This document shows, piece by piece, positions 1 to 12,500 of a stretch of DNA of 64,000 bases (position 1 is its first letter; every line of letters begins with the position of its first letter). Source of the stretch: Monocercomonoides exilis PA203 (lineage: Eukaryota; Protista; Preaxostyla); the NCBI GenBank assembly GCA_001643675.2, contig LSRY02000007.1:186001-250000 (forward strand), in the 5' to 3' direction. A program made the translations under genes and the position numbers. Below the pieces are notes generated by a model. It made no database searches, was not told the origin of the DNA, and saw nothing but the letters and a program-made list of their open reading frames with translations.

Positions 1-213
1 ATTAACTATTGCTCGTTTTTCTGGTGTTAACATCCCTTTTCTTCCTTGATCAAGAAAAAGATTTCTGTGTTGATTTCTAAGTTCTGTTGTGTGGATCTGC
101 CTCATTTTGCTGACAGGAGATGTGTCCTCGCCATCAAAAGTGCGAAATCGTGTGCCACTTCTTTGATTAAGTGCGAATTGTCTTGAAATGATTCGATCAT
201 ATTCTTTATCCAT
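1..213 (-). CDS. 5' part of a hypothetical protein running off the window edge
   Basis: ATG at 213 (minus) opens a frame MDKEYDRIISRQFALNQRSG... with no stop down to position 1, and an in-frame stop lies just upstream. No recognisable motif. Confidence 0.35.
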   Translation of the reverse strand, partial: MDKEYDRIISRQFALNQRSGTRFRTFDGEDTSPVSKMRQIHTTELRNQHRNLFLDQGRKGMLTPEKRAIVN

Positions 214-548
214 TTCACTTTTGTTATGGTCTCAGTCGTTTGAAGAAAAGAACCACAAAATTTGTTCTTATTTCAGAAAATTCTCAAACATTGAATACTA
301 TTATAACCTTTTTTATTATTGTTTATCTGACCCTTACTGCATTTAATCAAAAATTAGGTACTTTTATAAAGGAAGATAAAAAAGTTGAAATCAAAAATAT
401 TGGTAATATGTCAAGAACAATTCGTTCTTTTTCTCAAATTAAAACTCGGTATTCCCAAAGAAATATTCAAAATTTAATAATTAACTCGTACATTGCGACG
501 TTTGAAATGAGAAATCAAAATTATTTTGAAAAAATGTGTTTGTCACTA

Positions 549-3500
549 TTAATTTTGTTCAAAGAAAAGTTGGTTTTGTTTTCCTTGTTCGGTTAAAGGC
601 ATCTGCGTTGAATCAATCTTTGTATTATCAATTGGACTGTCAAAAGAGTCATCAAGGAGATTGGGCACATCATCATCAAGCATCTCATCTCTTTGAGCAG
701 AGTTGTTCAATGAATTAAACAGAAACGAAAGTGATGATCTGTGAACGCCATAATCTCCGCTGTTTCCTGTGACAGATCTTCCCTTTGATGTTCTGAGGAT
801 TCCTCCAACAATGTGGTTTTGAGCTTCTCGTTCTGATTCGTCTTTACGCTCTTTCCATTGCTTTTCTCGCTCACTCAGCAAACCTGAAAGCATCTCATCA
901 TTGTATTCTTCCTTTGGATTTTCTTCGTTGCGTTCTTTTCCTTTATCATCGTCATTTTGCAAAGTGGCTTCATTTTGTGTGTTTGTGCCTTTTTCTTCCT
1001 CTTCATCTTCGTTTTCTTCTTTAATAACATTCTTGTTTTCTTCTTCTCCGCTTTCCTTCTCTTCTTTTTCTTTTAATGTCTTCTCTTCTCCCACCCCACT
1101 CACATTATTCTCTGTCTTACTGCTTATATCGTCTGTAACAGCCTCCGTTATGACATCATCCAGATCTGATACATCGAACTCGCTTAGAGACACAATTGGA
1201 GACAGCTCTGGAACAGAAAAGACATACGGCTCGTTTGAATTGCTCTTGTAATCAGACAAGTCGGTGGATTCGAGAGAAGATAGAGCATAATGAGTGGCAG
1301 ATGGCTCATTGGCTGATGGAGTGCAGAATGAGGGAGAAGAAGAAGATGTTGAAGGAGCTTGAGAAGGAGATAAGTGAGGTAAAGAGGAAGGTGACAATAA
1401 AGAAGAAGATGATGATGTTGGTGATGGTGTGATAGGAGGTATTTGCAAAGACAAGTCAACAGGCTGATTAGGCACAGGAGAAAGAGAAAACTGGATTGAA
1501 TCAACAGCAGCAGGTTGTTCTGCTCCAATATCGTGTGTGGCCGAAGGGGACGCAGCGCTGGGAGAAGCCGAAAGAGCTGAATGAGGCGAGCGATATCTGT
1601 TGACAGGTGGAGGGAGAAGGGACTTTGATCGTGTACGGAGCGATGGATGGGCTGAAAGCGGAGAGGAAACAGGAGAAAGACGATCAAACTTTCTATTGTG
1701 CTCAGAAGAAAGAGATGCTGTCTCAATTGTATCGAAGTCTGACACGTCAAGTGGCATGTCTCTGCCAGCAGCGTCGGCAGAAGCAGCCAGTGAAGCCAAT
1801 GCGAGTGGCTGAAGATCAGCTTGTGTGAATGAGTTAGCAGCGGATGTGTGCTCGTTGGTATTTTCACTCAGTGAGTTGGCAGAAGAACTTGCGGAAGAGT
1901 TCAGAAAAGAAGATGATTCGCGATTGGCATCAGAATTTGCTGAAATGTCAGACGAAGGCAGAGAATGCTCTGAATGCTCTGAATGTGTTGAATGTGTTGA
2001 ATGTCTGCTTTTGTCCTGGCTGCTGTCTAAAGAAGACGACTCGTCTATTTCTGAATCTATTTGTGTGGTTGTGTCTGGCAGAGGAGCAGAAGCAGACGGC
2101 AGCTGGTTCAAAGTGTTCTCGAATTTGAGGCTGCTTTTGATGGTGCTGGCGAGAGAGTGTGTTTTTGAGGCTTGTGAAGCGCGAAAGGCGAGCGGCGGAT
2201 TGAGCGAGGCCATTTCAAATGGCTTGCTGGAAGGGAGAGTGTAGACAGAAGGAGCAGGAGAGGGGGATGAGGGCTGTGGAGGAGAGGGGGATGAGGGCTG
2301 TGGAGGAGATGGACTGTCTGATGTTGCAGTTGAAGAAGAAGATGATGATGATGATGACAAAGAAGATGAGGATGAAGAAGATGATGATGGAGAAGATGAA
2401 GAAGATTGCTGCAAAGGATGAAGTGGAGGTGGTGAGGAAGAAGAGGATGTTGTCATTTGAAGTGTCTCAGTTTGTGAGTGAGGTGAAATCGAAGCATAAA
2501 CAACAGAAGAAGCCGTAGATGTGGAAGAAGACGGTGACGAAGAAGAATTTGGCGTTGTAACAGGAGAGTTGCTTACTGTTGACTTGCTCTGAATCAAATA
2601 GCTTTCGTTCTCTCTCGTCGTGTCTGTTCCAGACGAGCTCAGCTCAGCATCTGACATCGCTGGTGGTGAGGCAATTGGTGAAAGGGAGTGTTCTGGTGCA
2701 GGAGAAGTGGCGATGGAGGAAGGAGAGTATTTGTTCTCTGACAGAATGCTCCTCTGGCTGTGCCTGCGGACGGCAGCTGAACCTGGTTCAGATTCATTTG
2801 AAGAGAGGTTGAAGGTGAGGGGCGTAGCTGCATCAGACAAAGGAGAGGTCTGAAGAGCAGAGCAGGAGAGAGAAAGCAGAGGAGAGGAGAGGAGAGGAGA
2901 AAATGAGGAGGAATACGAGGAAGGAGAGTATTGCACAGAAGAGGTGGAGGGCGAGTTGAGGAAAGGGGAAGACGCAGGTGGAGAAATTGAGTCAGTTCTT
3001 TGGTGCTTCGTAACAGCAGTGCGGCGGAAGAGGAGAGAAGGATTGTGCACTTTCAGTGGAGACAGTTGCATGGCAGGGGGAGAAGGTGACGGAGGTGGGG
3101 AAGAAACGCGCCTTTGGGGCGAAGACTGACAAGGCGACAGTTTGTGAGAAAGGAGAGAACGCGGAGCCAGCGACGAAGGCAGAGTCAGTTTGGATTCTGA
3201 AGAGACAGTTTTCAGGCGAGCAGACTGGCAGGGTGAGGGAGACAAGGAAAAGGCAGTCAAAGATGTGGATGTGGCAGTGCTGGTGGAGCGGGCAGCGGAA
3301 GAAGTGGAGGAATGCGAAAGTGATGGGGAGATTGTGGAAGGCGAGTTAACAAGGAATCTTTCTGGTGAATGGTCTGTTTGAGAGGTGTCCGTGGATGGGC
3401 GAGGCGAAGGAGAGAGGAAAGAAGATGCAGCAGTGGCACCAGCAGAAGAGGAGGTAACAGAAGACGAAGGTGCTGAAGAAGAAGAAGAAGAAGCAGTCAA

Positions 3501-6500
3501 AGTGGAAGACTCCGACTGCCGAGTGCCGAGATAGCGTTGTGGAACATCCTTTTGTTGCTGGTCATCGGCGCTTCTGCTGTTCATCGAGACAAACATCTGC
3601 CCTGTCGATGGGATGTTGACTGAGGCAGGTGCAGCTGGCGGTGAGGCAACAGGCGAGTGCACAACAACGTGTTTGGATGGAAGAGATGATGAAAGCACGT
3701 TGTGTGGTGCCCAAAACCCGCTTTGTGCTTCTGGTGCAGTCGGAGCAGCAGTGGCTTTACTGACATCGCCTTTGTTTGTTCCGTCTTGTGGAGCATTTTT
3801 AGTAGTAGCAGCAGAAGCAGCAGGCTGCTCTTCATTCAGAATGTCCAGCCCTTTCTTTGTCTCCTTCAGTGCTATCATCACTCGTGACACCACCCACGAC
3901 AGACTCCGCCCAATCGTCATCAGTGCCTTTTTCGCCTTCCCCTTTTTGAACTCTTCTTCCTTTTCTCTCTCCTCTCTTTCCTCCAGCGACGCGTATGAAA
4001 ACCCCTTTGTCTTCCATTTTCTGTACTCTTCTGCCCAAAGTGCCACGCCCTCACATGTCTCTCCACACACACTCACTGCCGACTGCATCGCCTGCACAGC
4101 ACTCTGAATGATGCGCTCTTCCAAGCCATAAAGCACACTCCCTTCGAAGGGGCGGATGCAGAGCGGCATCGACTGCTCTCGTGACGCATAGCCAGAGGGG
4201 ATGGAAGCAGCAGATGTGGATGCTGTTGGGAGTGAAGTTGCAGGAGAAGAGGAAAAGGGGCTGGAGATGGCTGAGGAATGTATTGAATACGTTGGGTATG
4301 CAGAGTATGCTGACCCTGTGCGGTTATCTCCAAGCAGAATAGAAATATTTGCATTTGGAGAAATCGGAGGCAGAAAGCATGGGACAGTTGCATCGCTGTC
4401 TGTGAGGCGGTCGTCGCTCTGTCTTGGAATAGACGAAGAGGCAATGTGAGATGGAAGCGATTTGCCAGTGACAGCCTTCAGATCAGCGTGGTATTTTGGT
4501 TTTGGCTGCACTGGGGAGACAGTCAGAGGAGGAATGGAGAAGGAGATGGAAGACTTGGCAGACTCAGTTGAAGGGAGTGTGGTTGAGACTGTTGCTGTTG
4601 AGTTTGGAGAGGCAGAGGCTGAAGGGATGAAGGCAGATGTGATGGCAGTTGAGGAGTTGTCTGTTTGAGAGCTGACAGTTGTGATGGTTGTGGGCGATGG
4701 AGGAATCTGCAGAGGGAAGTGGGCATTCAAAGAGGATGGGGCAGAAGTGCCTGACTGAGGAGAGGGAAGAGAAGGAGAAGATGCAGGTGGAGATGTGTCT
4801 ATAATGGCAACATCAGAAGAAGAAGATGAAGTCGATAATGATGACGATGATTGATCAGATGATAAAGATGAAGATGATGAAGATGAAGAAGAAGAAGGTG
4901 GAGGAGGAGGCAGCGCAGATGGTGGAGATGAAGAGAATCCAAACGAAGGAGCAGGAAGAGACTTCGACGGATTGCCAACGAGTTCGTTGAGAGAAATGCA
5001 GGACGGCACCAGTGGAACAGTTGGGGAGCCGTATGGATGCTCAGTGAGTGCAGAAGAGAGAGAGAAGGTGTCTCTGGAGGAGTGCTGTGGAAGTGCTGCA
5101 AACTCGGCCAGGCTGCTGATGTGCGGCGGGTTGACCATCCAGGGAGAGGCAGAGCGGGTGAGGAATGCAGCTGAAAAGGGGTGGAATTGTGGAGGAATTG
5201 AAGCTGATTTCAGCTGCTGCTCTGCTTGCTCGGTGTGCATTCGGATGTCCTTCTCGTGCTGAGGCAGAGGATACAGCCCCATCGGAGGTGGATTGAGAAT
5301 CATGTGGACGCTGGCTGTTCCGTTGGAGGTGCTGAAGTTGGGAGAAGAAGGAAGAGACATGTTTGTGGTTGACACGGTGGAAGGAGAAGAAGAAGGAGTA
5401 GAAGCGGCAGAATTAGCAGCAGATGGAGGCTGCTCTTCAGATGAACTCTGGTTAGGAAAAGTGGATGCGAGTTGGAACCGAAGCTGCGGCGCCTTTTTTG
5501 CTATGTTTGTGAGTGATGCTGGTACATCCGCTGCAGAGAAAGGCATTTTGTACGGCGGAGAGTCGTTCTGCTGGAAGGCGAGCAGATGTACTGAAGGAGA
5601 GAACTCTTGGCTGCAGACTGGCTCTGTATCTTCATCGTCTTCAGAGTCGCCTTCAACTGTCCTGTTTTCTTTGTTATGAACTTCTTCATCTGCTGCTTGC
5701 TCCTCTTTAGACTTTTCATGTCGATTTCTCTTCGAATTATCCTCTGCAGAGCACTCCACCCCCTTCTCATCCTCAGTCATTTCGTGTATCCGACTCAGTC
5801 TTGTCATCTGCTTCTCCTTCTGTCTACTGCCCTCTGTTTTGCTGCCCTTCGCACTCCGCTCGTCTGCCGAGATTGCCTCTGTCGTCGATGCTGATGTTTC
5901 TGTGTCAGCAAATGCATCGCTAAGCAGCCGGCGCTTTGCAGGTGGCATTCGGATGATGTTACTGTGTGAGACGGGCGGGTCGTACAGAAGCGGACTCGGC
6001 TCGCTCAGCACAACTTCGCTTTCTGAGCGGTCGCTCCCCCTCTCCTCTTCGCTCAGCTTGTGATTGAGGCTAGTCAGATGCATCTCGCTGGTCTTTTCGT
6101 TGTCTCTGTCGGTTTCGTCTGTCTCGCTTTCTGACTTCGGATATCGCCGCTCGCCAAACCGCTCTATCTCATCCAGAAGTGCCAGCCGGCGTGCTTCTTC
6201 GACTTCCTTCGCTTCTTCTTCAACGGCACTGTCTTTGTCTCTCTTCTCCACATGCACCACACACACTGGATGAGACTCACGGGCGCTCACAGCTGCTTTG
6301 CTTGGTGAAATCATCTCTTCCTCTTCTTCTGCTGCTGCTTCCTCTTCTGCACTCTTTGTAGATGCTTCGCTTCTCTGTTTCTCGATTCCCCTGATCAGCT
6401 CTGCTGGCGACTCGAGCGAAGACATCGAAAGCAAATCTTTGTCTTCTTCCGCTTCGTCAGCAAAAGGTGCTATCCTCTCTTTGCCTTTCTCTTTCTCTTT

Positions 6501-9500
6501 CTCTTTATCCTTCTCCTTCTCCTTCTCCCGTATTTCTTTCTCTTTCTCTTTCTCTTTTTCGTCTTGTTTGATAGACTTTACTGACTTTGTTTCCGAACTC
6601 CTTTCTTCTGATTTCTTTGAACTTCTTGTCGATTGACGAATAACTGAATCACTACTTCCGCTTCCCCTCCTTCTCCTCCTTCGATGTTTCGCTTCGTGGT
6701 TTTCTCCTTCTTCTCTCTTCTTTTGTTCATTCCGTATTCTTTTCTTCTCCTTCTCCCTTTCTCTTTTCCTCTCTTCTCTCTCCTTCCTCCTTATTGTTTT
6801 GCTTCTCCTCTTCTGAAACTGCTCAGCAAAATCAGCTCCCGATGACATTAGCGAATGTGACATGGCAAGCGAGGCTGAAGTTCTGAGTGAACCAGACGAA
6901 TGAGACGAGCGCGATGAATGCATCGGAGTGGAGGAATGTGAAGATCGAGAACGTTGTGCACGATATGATGAATAGCTAAAAGGAGTGTCTGAGTAATCGC
7001 TTGTTTCTGTTTCATCGTCCTCGGGGTCTTCATCAAATGTGGTCACTTCTTTTGCCCTTGATCGTCTTGAAAGTGCGCCATTGGACTGTTTTGACGACGA
7101 TGGAGCGATGTCAGATTCAGCCAGTACATTTGAGCTAGTTGTGCACAAATCAGAGCATTCTGGTGAAATTGACGAAGAATTCGTCTCTCCAATGCTGGAT
7201 GTGTCCGACTTCAACTGCGGCGTTGGAGGAAAGCCTTTGTGGCTGTGCCGCGAAGAGAGGAGCGATCGCTCGTCTCTTCTGCTCCATGCCTTCTGTGCCC
7301 TGCTTCTCTGAGACTCTGAGCTCTGCCTGTGTCCACTGTCGTACCAGGGAATGCTGTCCATCATGGCTGACTCATCTGTCATCGATGAAAGCGAAGACGG
7401 TTCAGGAGATGCACTGCTTGATGGATGTGATGTCGACGGTGTTGTTCGTCCAGAAGGAGGGCGGTGTGTGTTCCAGTGCTGGTGCTGTTTTGGGGTTTGA
7501 ACTGTTTTTTGTTCAGAATTCGCTGAGCTGATGTCGCTGAGTGAGCGAATTTCAGGCAGAACACATTTGCCTTCTCTCTCTTTGATCATCTTTTTGAGTG
7601 TCTTCTTCTCTTCCACAGGATGTCTGCTGCCCCAAAGGCGTGAAGACAGAATAGGAGATGTGGAACGAGTCGGAGAAGGAAGATTTTTCTGTGTAGAATC
7701 TGCTTTCAGAAGTGATCCATTGCTTGCAGGAAGAGAATTCCTCCTGTTGGACTCTTTCCGATTCTGCTTGGCTTTTCCCTTTGAAACGTATTCATCCAGC
7801 GTCGTCTGCTTCAATGTTGTCTTTTTTGCTGCCTCTTTTTCCTTTTTCTGCTCAGCCTCGTTCTCTTCGTTTGTTTTCTTCTCTTTCTTTTCTTCTCGTC
7901 TGACAGATGCCAAAGAGCCAAGTGCGAGTGAGTGAAGAAGCGGTTGGTCGTCTGCACTGAAACTTTTGTTGCGCATACGAAGAGAGGAATGTGGGCGGAG
8001 CAGTGGAGAATGCGGCAAAGGAGGTGAAGGCAGCTTGTGGGAAGAGATGGAAGAAGAAGGAGATTTGAAAAGAGCAGATAAATGTGGAGAATGCAACTGA
8101 TGATTGTTTGGGACGAGATGTGCAGCAGAGGCAGGAGACATCAATGCATCAGACAGTAAAGAAGATCCTGAAGATGAAGAAGAGGATGAAGACGACGAGG
8201 TTGAAGACACAGACGACGTATTCGACATGAGTGAGTCTTCAGAAGGCGAAGAGGTTGAAAAGTGTGCATTTGCAGGTGTGTAGTTTGTTGGGTTAGCAGA
8301 GTGGATGTTTGTTGGCGGATAAGCTGCAGGTGATGTCGAAGCACGTGACAGTGGAGGGTGGAGTGATTCTCTGCGGAAGCGATGTTCATTGCATGCAGGA
8401 GCTGTGGACGGCGGGGGAGAGCGCAGAAGAGGCGAGTGGCTGGATGAACGGTTGGGAGAATGATTTGGAGAGTTTGATGGCTTCAGCGGAGGTTCTGGAG
8501 AAACAGTCGGAGAAAAGAAGAGTGCGGAAGAACCGGAAGATGATCCAGATGAAGGAAAGATGTCGACTGTTTCAGCAGCAGACGTTTTGGTTGGCACGTG
8601 CGGGGCAAATTGAGGTGCAGCAGATTTTGTAGCTGTTATGTGGTGCCCTTTGTTGGATTCATCTTTCATCACTGCTTCTGTTTCTGCTGCTGAATCTGGT
8701 GTGTTCAAAGAAGAATGTGTGTTGTCTGGTGGATGACGAATTGCTGCAGCTGCATCTGTAACTTCTTCATTTGAACTTTTGGGTTTTGGCACCTTTAAGA
8801 GATGTGGGCAAGTCTGCTTCAGTGAGCGTGGAGATAACAGAGATGATGTTGCCTGCAGAGAGCGAGGTGAATAATGGAGTTGCGAAGAGTGCTGATTTGA
8901 GGCATGTTGTTTTGGGCTATCGTGATATGAATAAATGTTCGAGTGATGGCTGGCATCTGATGTTGGTGCAAATACACTTGGCGATTTGTTGTGCACAGGA
9001 TTCAGAAGGTTCGACGAGATTGTGCGTGCACTTGGTACATTCAGCGCTTCATTGTCGAAAAGTGCGGGCGTTTCCGCAAAGTTCGAATTTTCAGGAAAGA
9101 TGCTTGTTGAGTAATGTTCTGCTGATCCTCTCATCGAGGCAGAGGTCGGCGTCTTATCACTTTTATTGTCAGTATCCGTTTCGATAAACCATTTTGATTC
9201 CGCATTTCCTTTGTTTTTATCATTTGCTAGAAGAATAGCCTTTTCTTCTTCCAAAAGATTATTATTATTCTTTCTGTGCTGATGCATCTCCATCCGAGTT
9301 ATCATTCGCTTTTCTGCATCATACAGAGATGGAATGTTTTCTGTTGTGTGTTTTTCTTTCTTCACGCTTCTTTCATCGCTTCTAATCCTCCTCTTCTGGA
9401 GCTTCACAAGCTCGCTGTGATATTCATTGTGCAGCTCATACAGTCTGGCTGTGATGCATTTGCTCATCTCGTCGGTCACATCATAAATGAACATGTTGCC

Positions 9501-12500
9501 ACTAGCCACACCCATCGCTATCTTCTGCCCATCACACACAAACGACAGGCTCATCACCATCTCCACGTGCATCGCCCCGTAATTCATGTCTCTCATTCGC
9601 ATATTCTCCATCGCAACTATGCTAGAGATAAGGTTGTTGCTTTCATCTTCTACTTCCAGTTCGCAAAAGAAGGATCTGGATTCATCTTGGCTGTCTTCCC
9701 ACAAAGAAAGCTGATGCATTAGTGGTTCAACTCCAATACTTTCTTCCATCAGTTTGGCTGGCACCTCGTTTGCCACCTCCTCAGATCCTGTTGTGAGTGG
9801 CTTTGTATTCTCTCCTCGTTCATTCAAGTTCTCCAGCTCTTTTTCATCGGCTTCTGTGAATATTCTTTGTGAAATCACATCAAACACATCAAACACCCTA
9901 ACAATAAGATCAGAGCAAGAAACTGCGCAAAATAAGCCCGACGGATCAGCAGCAATTGCTAATCCTTTCCACCTTTCATCCACTTTGATTATTCTGCCAT
10001 TCATTGAAGACAGTTCTAACACTCCAACTCCTCCTTCAGTTCCACAACCCACAATAACATTGTCCAATCCAAAGAGTGTTGTAACACACAAAAACCCGCT
10101 CTTAATTCCAGGAACAGCACTCCATCCACAGCTGTTGAAGCAAAACTCAGGCACATAATCTGTGGAATCTCTAACATCCCTCACTTTATCTCGATCGTTT
10201 TGTACATTACCAGCTCTTTTTGCACTTTCAATGGTGAAGATGCCGATTGTACCGTCGTGTCCGCACAGAACAACACACAGTTTGTCGCTCACCACACAAA
10301 ACACAACATCGTTGATGTGTTTGCCTTCACTCAAAATGCCTATTTCCCGCAGTTCGCAATCATCCAGTGTGAAGAGCTTGACTGTCTGAAATAGAGACAC
10401 CGCCACCACAAACAGATGATCAAACACATCGCATTCTTCATCGACGTTGTCTTCTTCTTCTGACTCACTTTCTGTTTCTTCTCCATCGCTTCTTTTTCCA
10501 TTCGCTTCCGTTTTTTTATGTTCATTCAATGAAGGATCACTTACCTCACTTATGTTTTTGTTCTCATTGACCATATCTTCTTGTGATTCATTTGAGATTC
10601 TCAAATCCTCTCTCTTCTTTCTTTTAGCTCCATGACGATGAAACAGCCAAGCAGAAGATACTGCCATCATCACAATTGCACTGTCAAATACTCGATGCTT
10701 CTTCCTCAATCCTTTGTGGATCATTTCGTTTGCACGGAGTGCCGATTTCTTGTTGTGTATCCATTTTGGCTTGCATAACTTCGTCTCCTTCCCATGAACA
10801 TGTTTGTGTAAACAGAAGATGCATATGCACCCTTCGTCGTCTGAAGCAAACATGTGCATTCCATCGTCAGACACACAAACACACTCAACTCCATTCTGTG
10901 TCTCGTTGTAGTCTCCTTCGCTTCTCGTGCTCCCGCTTTCATACAACTCGTAGTTATACTTCTTCATGATAGACACTATTTTTTTGTGATAGTTCTCAAG
11001 TCTGCATTCTATTTTTTTTTCATTTTTGTTTGTACTCTGTTCTTTTTCTTTCAAATTGTCTTTTTCTTCCTTTTCTCTCATATTAATTCTGTTCTGTTTG
11101 CCCCAATCCACAGATGCTGATCCCGTTCTCACAGTCACTGGAGAATTTGTTGAAATCTGCGACGAGCTCAGTGAATGAGATAGAACAATGGAATTATCCG
11201 CAGGTGGAGCTTTGGAGAGTAGATTTGGTTCAGAAGACGATGCAATTAAGAAGTTATGATTATCCACCTTTAACATCGCTTTGTTCTGATCATTTGCAGA
11301 ATTAGCAGTCTCCGCTCTTTTCCATCCAAAAGATTTCTGCCGCACTCTTTCTCTTTCGCCATTGACCCATCTGTTCCAGGCGCTCTGCTTCTCCTCCAGT
11401 TTTTCGTGTTCGTCGAGAAGCGGAGGCTGCGGTGGCACCCCAAAATGCACACGGCAAAGACCAATCAGAAGGCTCTTACGGAATATGACATTGATACATA
11501 TCACCTGCCCAGACTGCACAAGTTCAGGAACTTGAAGGAGATCGTATGCCTTCTGAACAAACGAGCTGAAAGAAGGCGGAAGCATCCGATGTGACGTGGT
11601 TGACAGTTTGGTGTTAGAGGAGTTGTTGTTGGCGAGCATCAAATGTGCAGAATTAGTTGAAGATTTCGAAAGACCAAATGATTGAAGTGAAGGGAACTTA
11701 TTATGTGACGATGAAGCAGATGTGTGTGAAGAGTATCTTTGTGGATTGAAGTAGCGAAGTGGAATACACGAAGCAAAAGGAAAAAGCACACGGGCACATG
11801 GGATGGTTGATGAATGCACCAAAAGGCGGTGTTTATGTGTTGAGTGCTTCGAGGAACGAGTTGGTAGTGCTGAGTGGTGATGATGGTGAGTTGTGGAATG
11901 TGCAGAAGGAGTGTTCAATGAGAAGTGATGTGATTGTTTGAAATGATTATCAAGTTTGACCAATACATTTGTTTGGTTGTTAGATCCCTTTTTGCTTTCA
12001 TCTTTTTTGTTTTCAGTGGAAGGAGGATTATGAGAAGGAAGGAGCAAAGGGACTAAAGAAGAAGAAGAGGAGGAGGAGGAGGAGGAAGATGATGATGATG
12101 AAGCGGAAGCACTTTTGTTTGAGGCGATTGGTGGTGTTGTTAGAAAAAGAGAAAATTTTTTGTTTTCAACAAATGCAAATGGTGCGAGATTCACTTTTTC
12201 ATTGCCTTTTTTCGAATAAATCAAATGTTCTGTTTCTTTTTTTGGAGCATCCATGTTCACGTCTTCAGGAATCGCACATTTGATTCCCCAGTCATTTTGC
12301 TGATGATGTTGCTCTGATTGTGATTTTTCTTCTTTTGCTTCATTCTTTTCTTCATTTTGGCTTTGATTATTGTCTTCACTTACGCTTTTCTTATCGCTCT
12401 CTAATTCTGTTTTCTCTTCAAGTTTTTGTTCGTCTTTCTTTCGCTCCGTTCTTTCTTTTCGTTTTGAGTTCTGTTTCCCAAAGAAAGATGTTTTGGCTTT